From contig OX597824.1 of NCBI GenBank assembly GCA_951406725.2, positions 64,480,001 to 64,544,000 on the forward strand: 64,000 nt of DNA, in the 5' to 3' direction. Position 1 is the stretch's first letter. The number at the start of each line of letters is the position of its first letter. The DNA comes from Octopus vulgaris. Its lineage: Eukaryota. The position numbers were made by a program, and so were the translations under genes. This document shows, in pieces, positions 1-14,500 of this stretch. The notes below the pieces were generated by a model. The model was given only the letters and a program-made list of their open reading frames with translations, did not search any database and was not told the DNA's origin.

Positions 1-865
1 GTTAATTTTGAAAATAATGAAGAATTTAGTAAATTGACTTTGTCATAATTAAGCTGATGCTTGGGACATAATGTGAAATTTTAGTGGAAGGTTTTAATTT
101 AGGTAACACTAAAAAAAAGGAAGAAAGAGCAGTCTCAGGTGATTTGATATCAAAAAGGTTAAACAGATGTCAGAACAATCTTCACAAGGGACTTGGTTAA
201 TAACCAGATCCATCCTACACATTATAACAGTTAAGATTAATTTCTTTTGAATGGGTACAAGGCCAAACATTTAGGGAAAATAATGAGGTTCATTAAATTA
301 TTCTGTATATTATGGCATTTTATATCATTGTCCCTAGAGAAATTAGAGGATGAGTTAACTGTGACAAGAGTTGAACTCATAACTGAGAAGTATACATATA
401 AATTCTCTAATTCATATAACCCAATACACTGCTGTCACAGCCAGTTCTCACATCCAAACAATAATGATTTCTCAATCAGCACAACACCACCAATTTGCAG
501 AAGGAGCTTTAGTTAATTGTTTTTCATTTAATATATGAAGCAGGGAAGACAGCATTTGTTACCTATTTTATGGCCTCTGAGACTGATACCACAACTCCTA
601 ATTTGCTGCAGTAGGAAGCAATGCATCAAAGTAGCCTCCTCAGACTGGAAACCTGGTCTAAATTCTTGCAATATACACGGTTCCACTAAAGTTACCCAAG
701 TGGTGGTGTTGAAACAGACAAATGTTTAAATCTAGCATGAAGTAAATAATTAGTCTCTTTTATTTTGTAACCTCTTCATTCAACCATAGAGGGATCAAAA
801 ACAAGACTCAAACGTCCATCCTACCCCCACCCAATAAAACAACAACAACAAAAAGCAAAATTTAC

Positions 866-1037
866 CTGTTGTGCATAGTGTTCAATGTCAATGATCAACT
901 GCTGACGAATCTTGTCATCATCTGTCATACCTGGGAGACCAGTGCTCACACCTGTCCCACGAGCTTTCTTTAATCGCTTCAGGCTGTCTTCCATTTTCTT
1001 CACTGACGTCAATACATCTGATGTTGATGTGTAATAC
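866..1037 (-). CDS. COG2: COG2 exon 17 (YYTSTSDVLTSVKKMEDSLKRLKK...DIEHYAQQ)
   Basis: tag acceptor; gtaaat donor; 172 nt. Confidence 0.95.
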
Positions 1038-4000
1038 CTACAGGGAAAATTAATTACCAAGAAGTATTCAGTTAGTAACATCATTTGACGATGAACATGG
1101 ATGAGAAATAGCTATAGAGCAGGGGCTCTAAACCATTTTTTATCTATGGACCCTTTGATTACTATTTTATTCTGGTAGATCCCCATAGCCATTCAATGCT
1201 TAAAAACTAGCTTTATAGAAACTTGCGTAAGTTGAACTATGGAAAATGTTAGAGAAAGAAACCTAGCTGTTTCTAGCAATACATATATCTAAAGCAAAAT
1301 TTTTTCAGGGGCCCTTAAAATACTATTGTGGATGTCCAATTTACTATTTTGTTGCATGGACTCCCAAAAATCTTATATGGACCCCAGTTGAGAATCACTG
1401 CTATAGAGGAATAATCAAGCAATTTTGATAACATAGTATCACCTTCAGTTTCACTGTGCAGCACTTAGAGCATTTCTTCTCTTATAGCCATGAACCAACC
1501 TGTTGCATGCATATATATGTTATCATCATCATTTTAACATCTATATTTCCATGTTTGCATGGCTCATACATAATCACTGAGCCAGATTTTCTATGGCTTG
1601 ATGCCCTTCCTATCGCCAACTCCCACCTGTTTCCAAGCAAGATAACATTTCCCCATGGCCAGACAAAGGATGCTGCCTTTATGATGATAACATTCATTTG
1701 CAATCATTGTATGATATCAAGACGAGACACACACATACACGAATCCAATTCACATCAATCTTGCAATCAGAGGCACACAGAGCTAAGCTTAGTGCTACAA
1801 GTGAGAAAACATTACCAAAATCTGAGCAATAATGGTTGCTTTTGACCAGATACAAAGTTAATTTTTGTAAAGTGGAGGCACAACATAGTAGTGTTTTCTA
1901 CTGTAACCCCAGGCCAACTAAACTTTGTAATAGATTTGTTAGAAAGAAGTTGATCTTATAAATGTGTGTGCTTCTCTCCTTGTATTGACATCACATGATA
2001 GTTGTAAATAAGTGTCACTGTCATACAAGCAATGTCATTCATTTCCAATCTTCTATGAAAACATGCCTGGCTATGGCTATAAGGGAACAGGTGACAGCTG
2101 GCAACAGGATGGGAATCTGACCACAGAAAATCTGCCTTGATGAATTCTATTTGACCCATGCAAGCATGGGAAAATAGATATTAAAATGATGATGAAGATA
2201 TCTAACTCTGGAGCAAGACTCTGAATTTTTCCAGGAGAATACAGCCAATAAATGAAGTCCAGCCCTTGACTAGTATTTATTTCATCTTTTTTTCATTTAT
2301 TTTATTTTTTCCTTGCCAGACAAATGGAAGCCACAGTAAAATAATAATTTTTTTCCAGGGGGTTGTTGAAATAAACATAATTAATATCATCTTTTTGAGT
2401 TTATAGTTATTCATTATTGAAGATCACCAAGCTCAAATTGGCATATATGCCTGCTCTGGTTTTGCCTGTTCTTGGGGGTCTAAAAGTGATTTATAAGGCT
2501 TTTCTGGTTCAGGAATCCTCTCCTATGTATAAGATATGTATAGGATGGTGCACCACTTAGGATGCTTTGTGGAGTGAATGAAATAGTGCAGTAATGTTCC
2601 TATGTATTATATAATCATCGTCATTTTTATGAAATAAATGGAATTGATCCAATCAAACATAACTGCTTTCCCCTGTATGAGAAAAGGACTTTTTGCTTGA
2701 GAAATTAATCAATGCCATGCCTGAGACAATAAATGAGATCATACTGGAGAAAACAATATTGAATATGAGGAGAAAGTAATGAACAGCAAATGAACTATTA
2801 AAACAAAGAAATTTAACATACTGTTGAGCAAGATTCTCCAAGACTTGCTTAGCTATGGCTTGCTTCCTGCTTTCACTTAGTATAGCTTTATGTTCACTAA
2901 AAAACATGTTGAGTGGCTTAAACAAACCAGTGGTGTATGAAGATGTTTTGGTTGGGACCTAGAAAGGTAAGAAAATTTTTTTAAGTTTAAAAAGTAGATG
3001 TCTTTTAATCACTGTTGAAGTAGTTGCATTAACAGGATATAGCAACAAGTAGCCCTGATTCAATAGTTGATATCAATGTCATTTATGCCATATTGTGTCC
3101 ATAGCCAAAAAACTGTGGCAAATAGCTGAGAATTTGATGGTTTATATCAATATCACTTATATTGTGTCCTTAGCCAAGAAACTTAACAATGATAACAAGT
3201 TCTGTAGTAATTTATCTCTAATCACTCTAGCAAACATCTTGGTTCAATCTCTGTCCTCCTATCTTAAAAGTATTTTTTAGCTAGGATTTTATTAGTGTTA
3301 ACTCATTATTCCATAACCAGTATTAATGTTTTATTCATAAATCCATATACTACCCATTCATAAGAGAGATGACAATGTATAACAATTTATCTCAGACTGG
3401 CAAGTAGACAAAGTCTCAAATATATCTCTCATCACTGTATTTTTAAGTGTATCTTTCTGCATGGTGTTGTTTAGATTTTAAGACCAGGGTTTCTAGTCTT
3501 AACTCTTCTTTTCATGACAAAACTCACTGTCCCCTAAATCCATCATAACAGATCACTCTTTGACAAAATCCTTATCTCTGAGATAATAAAATCACAGAGA
3601 TAAAGATTTTCTCTGTGATAATAGATTATTATCCTTAGATTATATTCCTTAGATTATTTAAGTGTCACAGCTCTTTACATTGTTCTATGGATTTTAACAT
3701 CATTGAGAGATTACAACCTAAAGAAATAAAGAATTTTTATACTGTTAATTAAAAAGTTAAACAAAAGTCACATAATGAGGAGCCTTCATTAACCAAGGAC
3801 TGTATCATACCAATAAAAAACAAACTTCCTTTACCTCTCTGTTTGTCCGCCGAAACAAACGAGGAATATCTGCCACTTGCTTCAGGTGAACACTACACTG
3901 ACAGGTCAATTCTTGAATAACGGAGTTTTGAAACTTTGGCACGTTACACAACACATTTGTCTGAGAGTCATTAAATGCATCTGCAAGACAAAACAGAAGT

Positions 4001-5487
4001 CAGGATGATTAGAAACAAAAGTCAAATTAAAACTGTCCTTCTCTCCCTCTCACACTCATTTATTACACAAATATATTGTGATTCTAAAAGTACCTTTAGT
4101 ATTTCAAGGATTTATAAAAAATCCTTTTCTTTTTCTTATTGTTACAATTTACTTTTCATATATTTTTAATATTATCTGCTGCTGGCATGTGTGTGTTTTG
4201 TATATTTAGAAAAATGTCCAAGTTAAAGGATGAAAAATGTTCATTATTTTAAAAGTGATACTATATTGTATGTAGTATGCATATATATATATATATATAT
4301 GTAAATATATATACACAGACATGCAGGAAGTAAATGTAGTTAACATTCCCTTTACTGTTTTTAATTCAGAAACTCTTTTTGGCATTGAAATGATGAGCTT
4401 TGTGATTGTCTCTTGTGGAATTTCTGCCCACTTTTCACGCAACAATCAAAGCAATTCATCTTTAGATTCAGGTTTCTGTTGAGTTTTTTGTATAGCTCTA
4501 TCTAGTATGCTCCAAAGATTTTCAATTGGGTTCATGTCAGGAGATTGGCTCGGCCAAGGAAGCTTTTTGATCCCATTTTCAGTCAACCATTGTTGATTCC
4601 TTTTCGCTGTGTGGCATGGAGCCCCATCTTCTATGAATAAAAATTCATTTTTCGTTATGTTATTGTGTGAATGCATTGGAAGTAGTCCTTGCTTAAGTAT
4701 TTCGATGTATTTTTCAGAGTTTACGGTTCCAATACATTCGATCAGCCCAGAACGACCATTGCTGGTGACAGCTCCCCATACCATTACAGAGATACCACCA
4801 TGTTTCACTGTTGGTTGGAGTTGTTTCAAATCAAATTCTTGATTGGGAAGCTTCCAGACCCAAACACGTCCACTGTCTGAAAATAATGCAAATCTGGATC
4901 CATCTGAGAAAATCACTCTATCCCAAAATGAACTGGATTTTTCTGACATCTCCTTAGCCCATTTCTTTCTTTTCATGATATTAATTGGTTGAAGGAGAGG
5001 TTTTCTTCTAGCTGCATGTCCATAATACCCAAGCTTATGCAGATATGTAATGCATGTTCTTGAACTAACTTCTAGCTGTTTTGCAATGTCAGAAGCCTTC
5101 GAACAGAGTTCGTTATCCACAATTCTCTTTAAACAGCAAAGCTTCCTTTCTGAGGGCCCAGGTTGGCCAGGACGAGAATCTGTTGAGTCTTTTCCTTAAC
5201 TTTTGAACTGCACTATAATTCTATTAACAGTAGCAAGAGGAATTTGAAGATTTTCGGCAATTTTTCACTGGCTAAAACCAGCCTCAGATTGCCCAAGAAT
5301 ATGACCTCTTTGAAAATCTGACAGTTCTGCTGACTTTTTTGTGTGTGGCATGGTTACTCTTTGAAAATGTTTAATATAATGGGACCTGGAATGAAAAAGA
5401 ATAATTACATTGTAAATTCTACACTGCTGAAAACATGCTTAGATCAGAAATTTTGAAAATTAAAGGTGTCTATTTACTTCCTGCATG

Positions 5488-5526
<39 letters not shown>

Positions 5527-8500
5527 GCAAGGCTGTGTATTCTACCAATCCACAGCTGTGGGTTCTACTAATCTACTGCCTAGTATATCAATATATTGAT
5601 AACAGACACCATACCAGAGGACATAAATATTTACTCTCATTTAATAGTTGTTAAATGTACTGAGTTATACATTTACCTTTTATTAAATCTATATTTTGAT
5701 ATCCAATGGATTCCAATTTTGGTCTGATATCTTTCTCAAACATAGGGAAAATCTGAAAGGATAACATAAGTAAAAACTGTATAAGATTATGAATAACAAA
5801 ATTTATGAAGTAGGTTCACTCATGTATGAAGGGCAATGTTGCAGATCAGCAAATCATGGCCATTGAATGCAGAATGTGTGTGTAGGCTGAATATAAATGA
5901 GGCAAGCTTGCTCTACTGGACATTAATGTGTATGAATGATGGAACATAAATGAGCTGAGAGAAAAACCAAGGATAAGAGAAACCAGATGTAATGTGCAAA
6001 AGAGAAGACTGAGGTAGTATGGATCTGTGTAGAGAATGACAGTTGGATAAAGAAATGCCATATGATCCTAATAAAGAAACCTATGAAAGAAGAAGAAGAG
6101 CATGAAAAACATAGGAAGAAGTAGTTGATGCTGATCTGAAGATGCTGAATATCAGAAAGTAGGGTTGGTGGTGGTGGTAGTGGTGATGGTTGGTAATGGT
6201 GGTGATGGTGATAATAATGGTGATAAATAAAATTCTTTACTCGTTCTGAAGTTTTCTCGGCATCAGCTAAGAGGCAAAGTATTTGCCCCAGTGTTATAGG
6301 TTCTGACTCACAGGAGGTTGATGTTTGGTTGTTCTGTTCCAAACCATTCTGTTTATTGTTCGAACTAGAGTTATTATTACTAGCTGGTGTCGAAGCTCTT
6401 TCATTCTTGAGAATATTTGTGTTACTGGATTTCTGGTTCTGAAAATAGGAACAAAAAAAAAAAAGGAAAGAAAAGAAATATATTTAAGAATTTTTCTACA
6501 GAGTGAATTGATATATAAACATAGTAAATTGCACCTAGAGTATTTAGAGTTCAATTAACAATATATTGTCAAACTCCAATTCATTATTACAATACAGCAA
6601 ATCCTGCTGCATGTATGCACAGAATCAGCAAAAAAAGATAGTCAATAGTAACAGATTTAGAATAAAAAGCAGAAAAAATAAATTTCATCAAAACAGCTGT
6701 AGAACACAAATTATGAATTATATGGGAAATTTATGCTTTTCTGGTTTTTAGTCTAAATATTTAAGAATTTATAAATGAATAATAATATTGATTTCTTTTT
6801 ACTGGTGGCTTGAGATGGTCATGATTGGAACATCTTTGGTTATAGCTCTGCTAGATCAGAATTGACCAACAACAAATATATATATTTTTTTTTTGACTCA
6901 GTACACAACCAATGTATGTGGAGAGGAGAACATATAGATTGAATGTATTCCAGCACTGATTCTTCTTTTATCAACCACACATGAAGTGAACCAAAGAGAA
7001 TGCCTCTACAGCACTCAGCTGGTTAGAAATAGCAAACAAATTCTCTCAAACTGCATCTGATTATCTTGACAAAAAAATAGAAGAAAAAAGGTACATAAGA
7101 TAAAGTAGTTCCAGATATTATATGTTTGCGATGGTCACAACTGGAGCAACTTTGATCATAGGTTTTGCTGGATCAGGGCTGAGCAGGGACTAAACAACAT
7201 TGTCGCAGGAATAAAAATACAATGTTGACCCTAGCAAAAAAAGACAGAAATAAATACTACAAGATATTTAACCCAACTCATCACACTAGATATATCTATG
7301 TGTGTGGGTGTCATTGTGTCTGTGTTTATCCCCCACAACCACTTGGCAACCGGTGTTGGTGTGTTTATGTCCCTGTAAGTTTGCAGTTCAGTAAAAAAAG
7401 ACAGATAGAATAAGTATCAGGTTTAAAAAGAAAATAAGTACTGGGGTCAACTAGTTTGACTAAAAATTACTCAAAGCAGTGCCCCAGCATGGCCACAGCC
7501 CAATGACTGAAACAAGTAAAAGATAAAAAAAAGTTATTTATACATATTATACACAAACCTCTTTCTGGTAAATTTCATCGATCCAAGAACTGTAACGTGA
7601 CAACAGCTGAAGATTCAGTTTGAGGAATCTGTGCATTAATGTAGGCAGATAGACATCTGGCTGCCAACAATGGCAGATTGACTCCCACAAATGGAAACTA
7701 GCATGGAGATACATATCGCTTCCATCTGAAAAACAAGGAACAAAGCTAAAATTCTCAGTAATGGACATAAATGAATGTGTAAGACAATTACATGAATAGT
7801 ATGTATAGATATATATATATATCTATATATCTACTACATATGTGGAAAATCGGTGTGTGTTTGTTTGTGATGTTGTTAGCAAACTCCTCCTACATTGTTT
7901 TATTGACTTTGATGAAACTTTTATAGCAGGCAGAACCTCAGAAGTGGTAAAAATCCAAGTGGTGTATACTGCTAGCTACTCGTCAGGCCAAGGATATCTT
8001 GATTCAGTTAAAGGTTACATTGTCGCAAGGATGTGCATGTTGACACATAGAAGATTTAATCAGAATATATGAAGAGCACAGTATATACATATATATATGT
8101 ATATACATATATAAAATTAACAGAATGAGATAAAAAAATCCAAGGCTATGCAAGATTTCAGAACATTTATAAAGTGGTCTTATGGCTGTTTCTGGGATAT
8201 TTTATATATCCCTTCATCAGAGACAGTGTGAGAAAATGGTTAAGTAATAGTTATTATAGAGAAGATATGAAATACATAGTGAAGTGGAGGAAGGAAAACA
8301 GACGTAAGGATATTGTATCCGCAGTTCCATTATTTGAGCAGAATGGCGTATATATGTTTCCTATATTTGAGTGTGGGTTCCAATGTTGCTTATAACTGGT
8401 CATTCCAAGCATAGAGTGTTGTAAAAGGTGTTATACGATGGAGGGTTTTTTTGAAGTGACTTAAAAGTTGGGAATGTGTTTGTAAGATCAAATCAAAAAC

Positions 8501-11500
8501 AGGAAGAGAGAAGAAAAAAAGGAAAAAAGGAAGAGAGAAAAAAATGGGGGAGAGAGATAATAAAGAAATGAAGAGACAGAATGTGTGCTGGCTAGTGGTC
8601 AGTCAGGATAAAATGATAGAAGGCAGAGAGAGGTGAGGGTGAGAGAGAGAGAGAGAAATAAGAGGGTAAAGAGTAAAGGAGTGTGAGGTATGTTGTGATA
8701 GAGACTAAGTGAAGGGTAGAGAGAGGGGGTAGGGGTAGTAAAATGGTGGAATAAAGAATTTGGGAATATAGATTAGGTTGCTTAAATGGACAGGTCAGTG
8801 AGTAGTAGTAGAAGAATGTATATCTGTGAAGATGTATTCACATGTATATAGACATTTCACACATTAACACATAGATACACATACAAAACCATTGTATGTT
8901 ACATGCATTCACATATATACATGATCATCTGTATCTAATTTTTGCATATCTTTTAAATTCATTTATGGTAATGTTAAGTGTATGCAAATAAAGCTCCTAT
9001 TTCATTAAGCTGGCTACTGTCTAATGATACTGACTATTGAGTCAGTTTTTTGGGGTTGCATCATGGTTATACCAATATTATCATTATTATATACACATAC
9101 ACACACAAACAAACATGCATTTAGGACATATGCTCAGAAGCATACTTATATAAAACATATACACAAACATACATAAGACAACAGCTTCATCATACTGTAT
9201 TACCAGACAGTACTCTCTCTTTTGGGGTCACCTCTACTGTCACCCACCCTTACCTTCATTCACTTCTGCAGACTCTGCTCCCAAATATCCTTGCTTTTTC
9301 CCTTCATATGTTTCCATCATACTCATGTCCTTTCCACCATCTCACCCACTGTGCTACTCTCTTTTTCCTATCCCCTTCCCAGATTACCTGAATAAATGTA
9401 TATCTTTTATCTTTTACTTGTTTCAGTCATTAGACTGCAGCCATGCTGTCTACTTACTATGACTTTGGTTTTTGATAGGTTAACTCTAAGGCCCTTTGAT
9501 TCTAGACCTTGCTTCCATATCTGGAACTTCTTCTCTAGTTCAGATAGTGATTCACCTATTAGAGCAAGGTCATCAGCAGACAGGAGCAGCTTGTCTTGAA
9601 TTCCTCCATTATTACTTGGAGGATTATAACGAACAAGAGGAGGCTGAGCACCAATCCTTGGTGAACCCCTACTTGTACCCTGAATTCTTCACTGTACTTG
9701 TTGCCCACCCTCACCTTACTGGTAGCATCTTTGAACAAGGCTTGTACAGCTCTCACCAACCACTCATCTATCCCTAGTTTCCATATCGACCACCAGATAA
9801 CGGATTGGGGGACTCTGTGAAAAGCTTTCTCCAAGTCAACAAAAACCAAGTACAGAAGTTTATCTTTGGCTAAGTATTTTTCCTGCAGTTACCTTACCAG
9901 AAATATAGCATCAGTGGTGCTTCTACCTGGCACAAATCCAAACTGCATCTCATTTAGACTAACTTTCTCTGCAACTTTCATCATCTGATCCAACAATTTG
10001 ATACTTCTATAATTATTTCCATCCTTTACTTTTGTAGCAGTTGACTATGGTGCTGCTACACCAGTCATTGGGTATGACTCCTTCCTGAACCACCTGATTT
10101 ACAATACAGGTGACTAGACCATAACCCACACCACCAGATATTTTAAGCATGTCAGCGGTGATTCCTGATAAGCCAGGGGCTTTCCCTGTCTCCATATCCT
10201 TAATTGCTTTATCTACTAGGGTACTGTCAATTTGGATAGCTGGTCCCTCAGTGGGTCAACATTTGGCAGACTCTCCTTCTCCCATTCATTATCTACATTC
10301 AACAGTCTTACATAATGGCATCTCCAAGCCTCTTTCTTTGCAGACTCATTCAAAGAATGCATGGTGCAGCATCCTTTGTTGCATCTCCCAAGACTGATAG
10401 ATGAAAGAGAAGGAAGCACACTCACATGTAGACAATTAAAAATAAGTAGTAAATTTATATGAACAAAATCAGAAACATGCACACATAGAAACATTTAATT
10501 AGGAATCCTTGATGGATAAATGTGTTTTCTTGTCAATTATGTGTCTTGAACATTCAATTAATAGCAAATCATAATTCAATGATGTATGTGCCACACTACA
10601 TAGCAGTCATCCTTAATTCTGGTCAGTTCAAATTTAAAACTTCAAAACCTACATAAATACTGTAAAATTCAGGAGTCACCTGACCACCTAACTGTGTGTT
10701 AATAATGACATACCTGGAGCATTATTTAACCCAGATAAAAGTGAATTCTCAAAAGCTCCGGCTATTTCTTGAAACCTGCAAGAAAAAAATAAAAAGTAAG
10801 TTTAGAGATTACTTCAAAATTAAAATTTAAAAAACTTCTATAAAAAACTACTTTTCACCATCACTAGTTATTATGTCCACAACCAGCAAAATAACTATTA
10901 CACAACCATCAATAGTGTAATTACTACATGTACAACAGCACAACAATTATTATAATACACTAACTCTATAGACCATAACAACATTGACCACTACAATATC
11001 ATTATCATCGTCATCATCATTTTAATATCCATGGGTCAGATGGAATTTGTAGAGGCAGATTTTCTATGTCCAGATACCATTCCTGTTGTCATCCCTCATA
11101 TATTTCCAAGCAGGATAATATTTCTCCGTGGCACAACATATATAATATTGGAAATAAATGACTCTATTTGTATGATGGTAACACACATTTATAACTATCA
11201 CATGATATCAAAACAAGGAGACACTAACGCGCTCCACAGCAACCCCACATATACTATCTAAATATAAACACTTCATCCAAATGTAAAGTTTGTATTATTT
11301 AATTTCTCTTTCTCAAGAATTTCTAATTCGAAACTCCTTACATGTCTATCTAACATGTAAAACTTTGTTTGCCAATGAAACAAATGTTATGGTGAATAAA
11401 CAGTAACAAAAAATTTCCAATTTCCTGGTACGTTATACAATATCTCTGCAAATAATATTTCCATAATTATCAATTTTGATATGTATTTTGAACTAAAATA

Positions 11501-14500
11501 CAGTAGCAACTGTAACTTCATATTGGATTGTAATAATGGAATAAGCAGAGAAAATGGGTAAGATTTACCCTGACTACCTACACCATACACACACACAATA
11601 AGCCTTTTTTTAGTTTCCATGGGCTATGACAGAAGACATGATTGAGAAGCAAACTTCTCAACAACACAGCAATGCTTGCGCCACCACCACTATATTACGC
11701 AGAATTCAACACTTCTAATATCTCACTGCTTCTTTAATTCAGCCATTTAGACATTTAATTGACCAAGATTCATCAATCAATCAATCAATGAAAGCAATCA
11801 ATTATATTCATAATTCATTACTTACCTGATTTGGAAATAGACAGGTAAACTCCAACGAGACATGAAAACTTGGTAGCTAGAATGTTCTCTTAACCGCTTC
11901 ACACTTGCCTGTGAACCACACTGCTGCTCAAACTTACTCATGAAGTCCATGCTGATTGTGTATTTCTGAGTAGGAAATTAAATTTCAATGAATTAAAAGC
12001 TAAAATTTAGATGAAATTGCAGCCATTTTAAAAAAGAACTTGTTATTTTCACAGAATTTTTATTTAGTTATGTATTTTTTTAAAATGTTATTTTAATCTA
12101 CAAGCTCTACTTCCAATGAAAGGCAGGCTCAAAAGAAAAATCAACAAACGTTATTGCCAGAAATATGGCAGAAAGTAATCCAAAGGCCCAATCTTCAGCA
12201 AGCAACTGCACTGCTTTCATTATGAATAATACTAAAGAGAGGTGAATAGAATCATTAGAGCATCAGACAAAATGCCTTGTGGTATTTATTCTGGCTCTTA
12301 CATTCTGAGCTCAAATCTCATCCAAGTGAACTGTGCTTTACAACCTTCAAGAGTCAATGAATTAGGCTCCAGATCAACTAGAGTGTAATTAGGTACATTA
12401 GTGTAAGCACAAATAGATTGGAGTTCAAAAGGGCAGAATGATGAACAAACAGCACTGTAACAAAAAAAAAAGTACATGGATAAACCCACAAGGGAACCTC
12501 TATGTCGTAAGTAGATTTTCTAAAAATAGCAATCAGAAATTTCTCAAATCACATCATAATATCTCAAAAAATTACACTGAATAATATTACTCAAGATATA
12601 TAATATTTGAAAATAAGACAAGGCAGCCATGGCTAGCAAACCTCTAACTAAAGTTCTACTTGGCCAGGGCTGATCTGAAGTTAAATAACAAGAAAAGACT
12701 GAGTAGGAAATGATTATGTAATAAACATGTACTAACCTCATGAAATAGGTTTGGATTTCCTGGAGCAAATATGGAAGGAGTTCTTGCCTCTATATTACAT
12801 ACTATCTCAGGCAACACAGAATTCACAATAAAGTCATAACCCCGAACAACATCTCCACTGCAATAATATAACAGAACATGAAGCTTCTAATGAATTATAA
12901 ATAGTTGAAGACAGAGATATTAACCTTTCTGTTGAAATATAATGACACACACACATACAAAAAAAAAGGGAACTACTGTTTTTAAATCAAGAAATCTGTT
13001 ATTAATTATACTTCTTAATTTTATTTTAGAAATTTATATGATAGGAACAAGAGCAATAAGTTAACTATTCCATGACAGGGTAAATGATATAAGAAGTTTG
13101 TTTCACATCTATGTTGTTTCAATTTGCACCAATGCAGTGTTCTGTAATTCAGAACACCTCACACCTTTGATGCTGTCATTATAAAACATTGGAAAACTTC
13201 TAACTTTCAGTTTATCTCCTTACAAAGTAAACCAGACCACCTAATTTTTTTTCTAGCTAATCTAATATTTGTCCTTATTCCCTATATCCTTCCATTCTTT
13301 CCAGGTACGTCTCTTAGCTTTCCAGTTTTTTTCTGTTGTACATATAACATTCCACCTGGCTTGAACCTTGCTCCATCCACAGATTCATAAATGGCCATGA
13401 GATCTCTCAGCTTCAGTATCTTCCTCCTACCAATTACGTTGTGTCCCTGAGTCCTTGTTTTTACCCTTCATCAAGAAAAAACTTTAGTAATTACAACTAG
13501 CTGTCTATCCTATTTCCTGATCAAAATCCTTCATTACTTGTACCATATCAATAGCCTCCATGTACATATGTCTGTTAAGGTCACCATCAACTATTAGTAA
13601 AGTTATATACAAAGGAACGCCATAGAACAGTTATTTTGCTCATTTGCCAGTCCTGACTATAAATCAGCGTTGCTGTTGTGTTCTCCATGAACTAGTCTTA
13701 GCTTAAATATTCTGTCACCTAATCAGACTACTTCTACTATTTAGTAATTATCAATGCATTTCTCTGCCAACATGGTCTACTCACCCACTCGTGCTATCAT
13801 CCATCTAGGGGAATTAATTCTTAAATATCTAACACCTGAAGAGGTTTAAATAAACTGCAGGTTATCACACCTGTGTAATGATACAGAATGGAATGTGGAG
13901 GGGAGGAATAAGAAGGTAGTAACAAATTGTTTCAGTTCTAGGATGAAAAGCTTCACTGAAATCTCAAAGACTGAAAGCATATCGGAATGTTAATAAGTAA
14001 TATAGAATATCTTTGCATCTATGTCATACCTGAGGGAGGTGAGAGCAGGATCCCAAAGTCATAATAAAACTTAAGTATCTGTTGGAGTATATATTGCCTT
14101 AATATTTATCTGGTAATTCAATATATAATTAATTATAATATGCAAATCTTCACAAAGACCTTAAATCAACATGGCTGACTGGCTTACGAGGCAATACTTT
14201 AACACTCACTAAATTCTGCGAATTTAATACATTACAATGCATATTTTAACACAGGCAAACAAGAGAGCCTATATGTTGTCTCTCTACATGCTAGAAATAA
14301 CAACCAGATCTCCATCAAATTACACCCAGAGACATATTAGGTGATGTAGCCCAAAATACTTAATGTCAGAGATTACAGGATGGTCAAGGCTGCAATGCAA
14401 TTGATTATAGGTTTGGTCAACCTGGGTTAACTTGGGGCTAAATGACATTAACAACATGATGGATTTAAATACAAATTGTTTTACACTTACCTTGTACTAG

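Noticed and set aside
528-605. Candidate COG2 terminal exon on the minus strand (QIRSCGISLRGHKIGNKCCLPCFIY*)
   Set aside because: It has a cag acceptor and the correct phase but poor resemblance to the COG2 C-terminal helix; the real last exon is probably left of the window.
13830-13880. CTGAAGA followed by a GTTTA/TAAAC hairpin in a possibly Penelope-derived stretch
   Set aside because: GCAG replaces GAAA and no stem I or III forms; too decayed to call.
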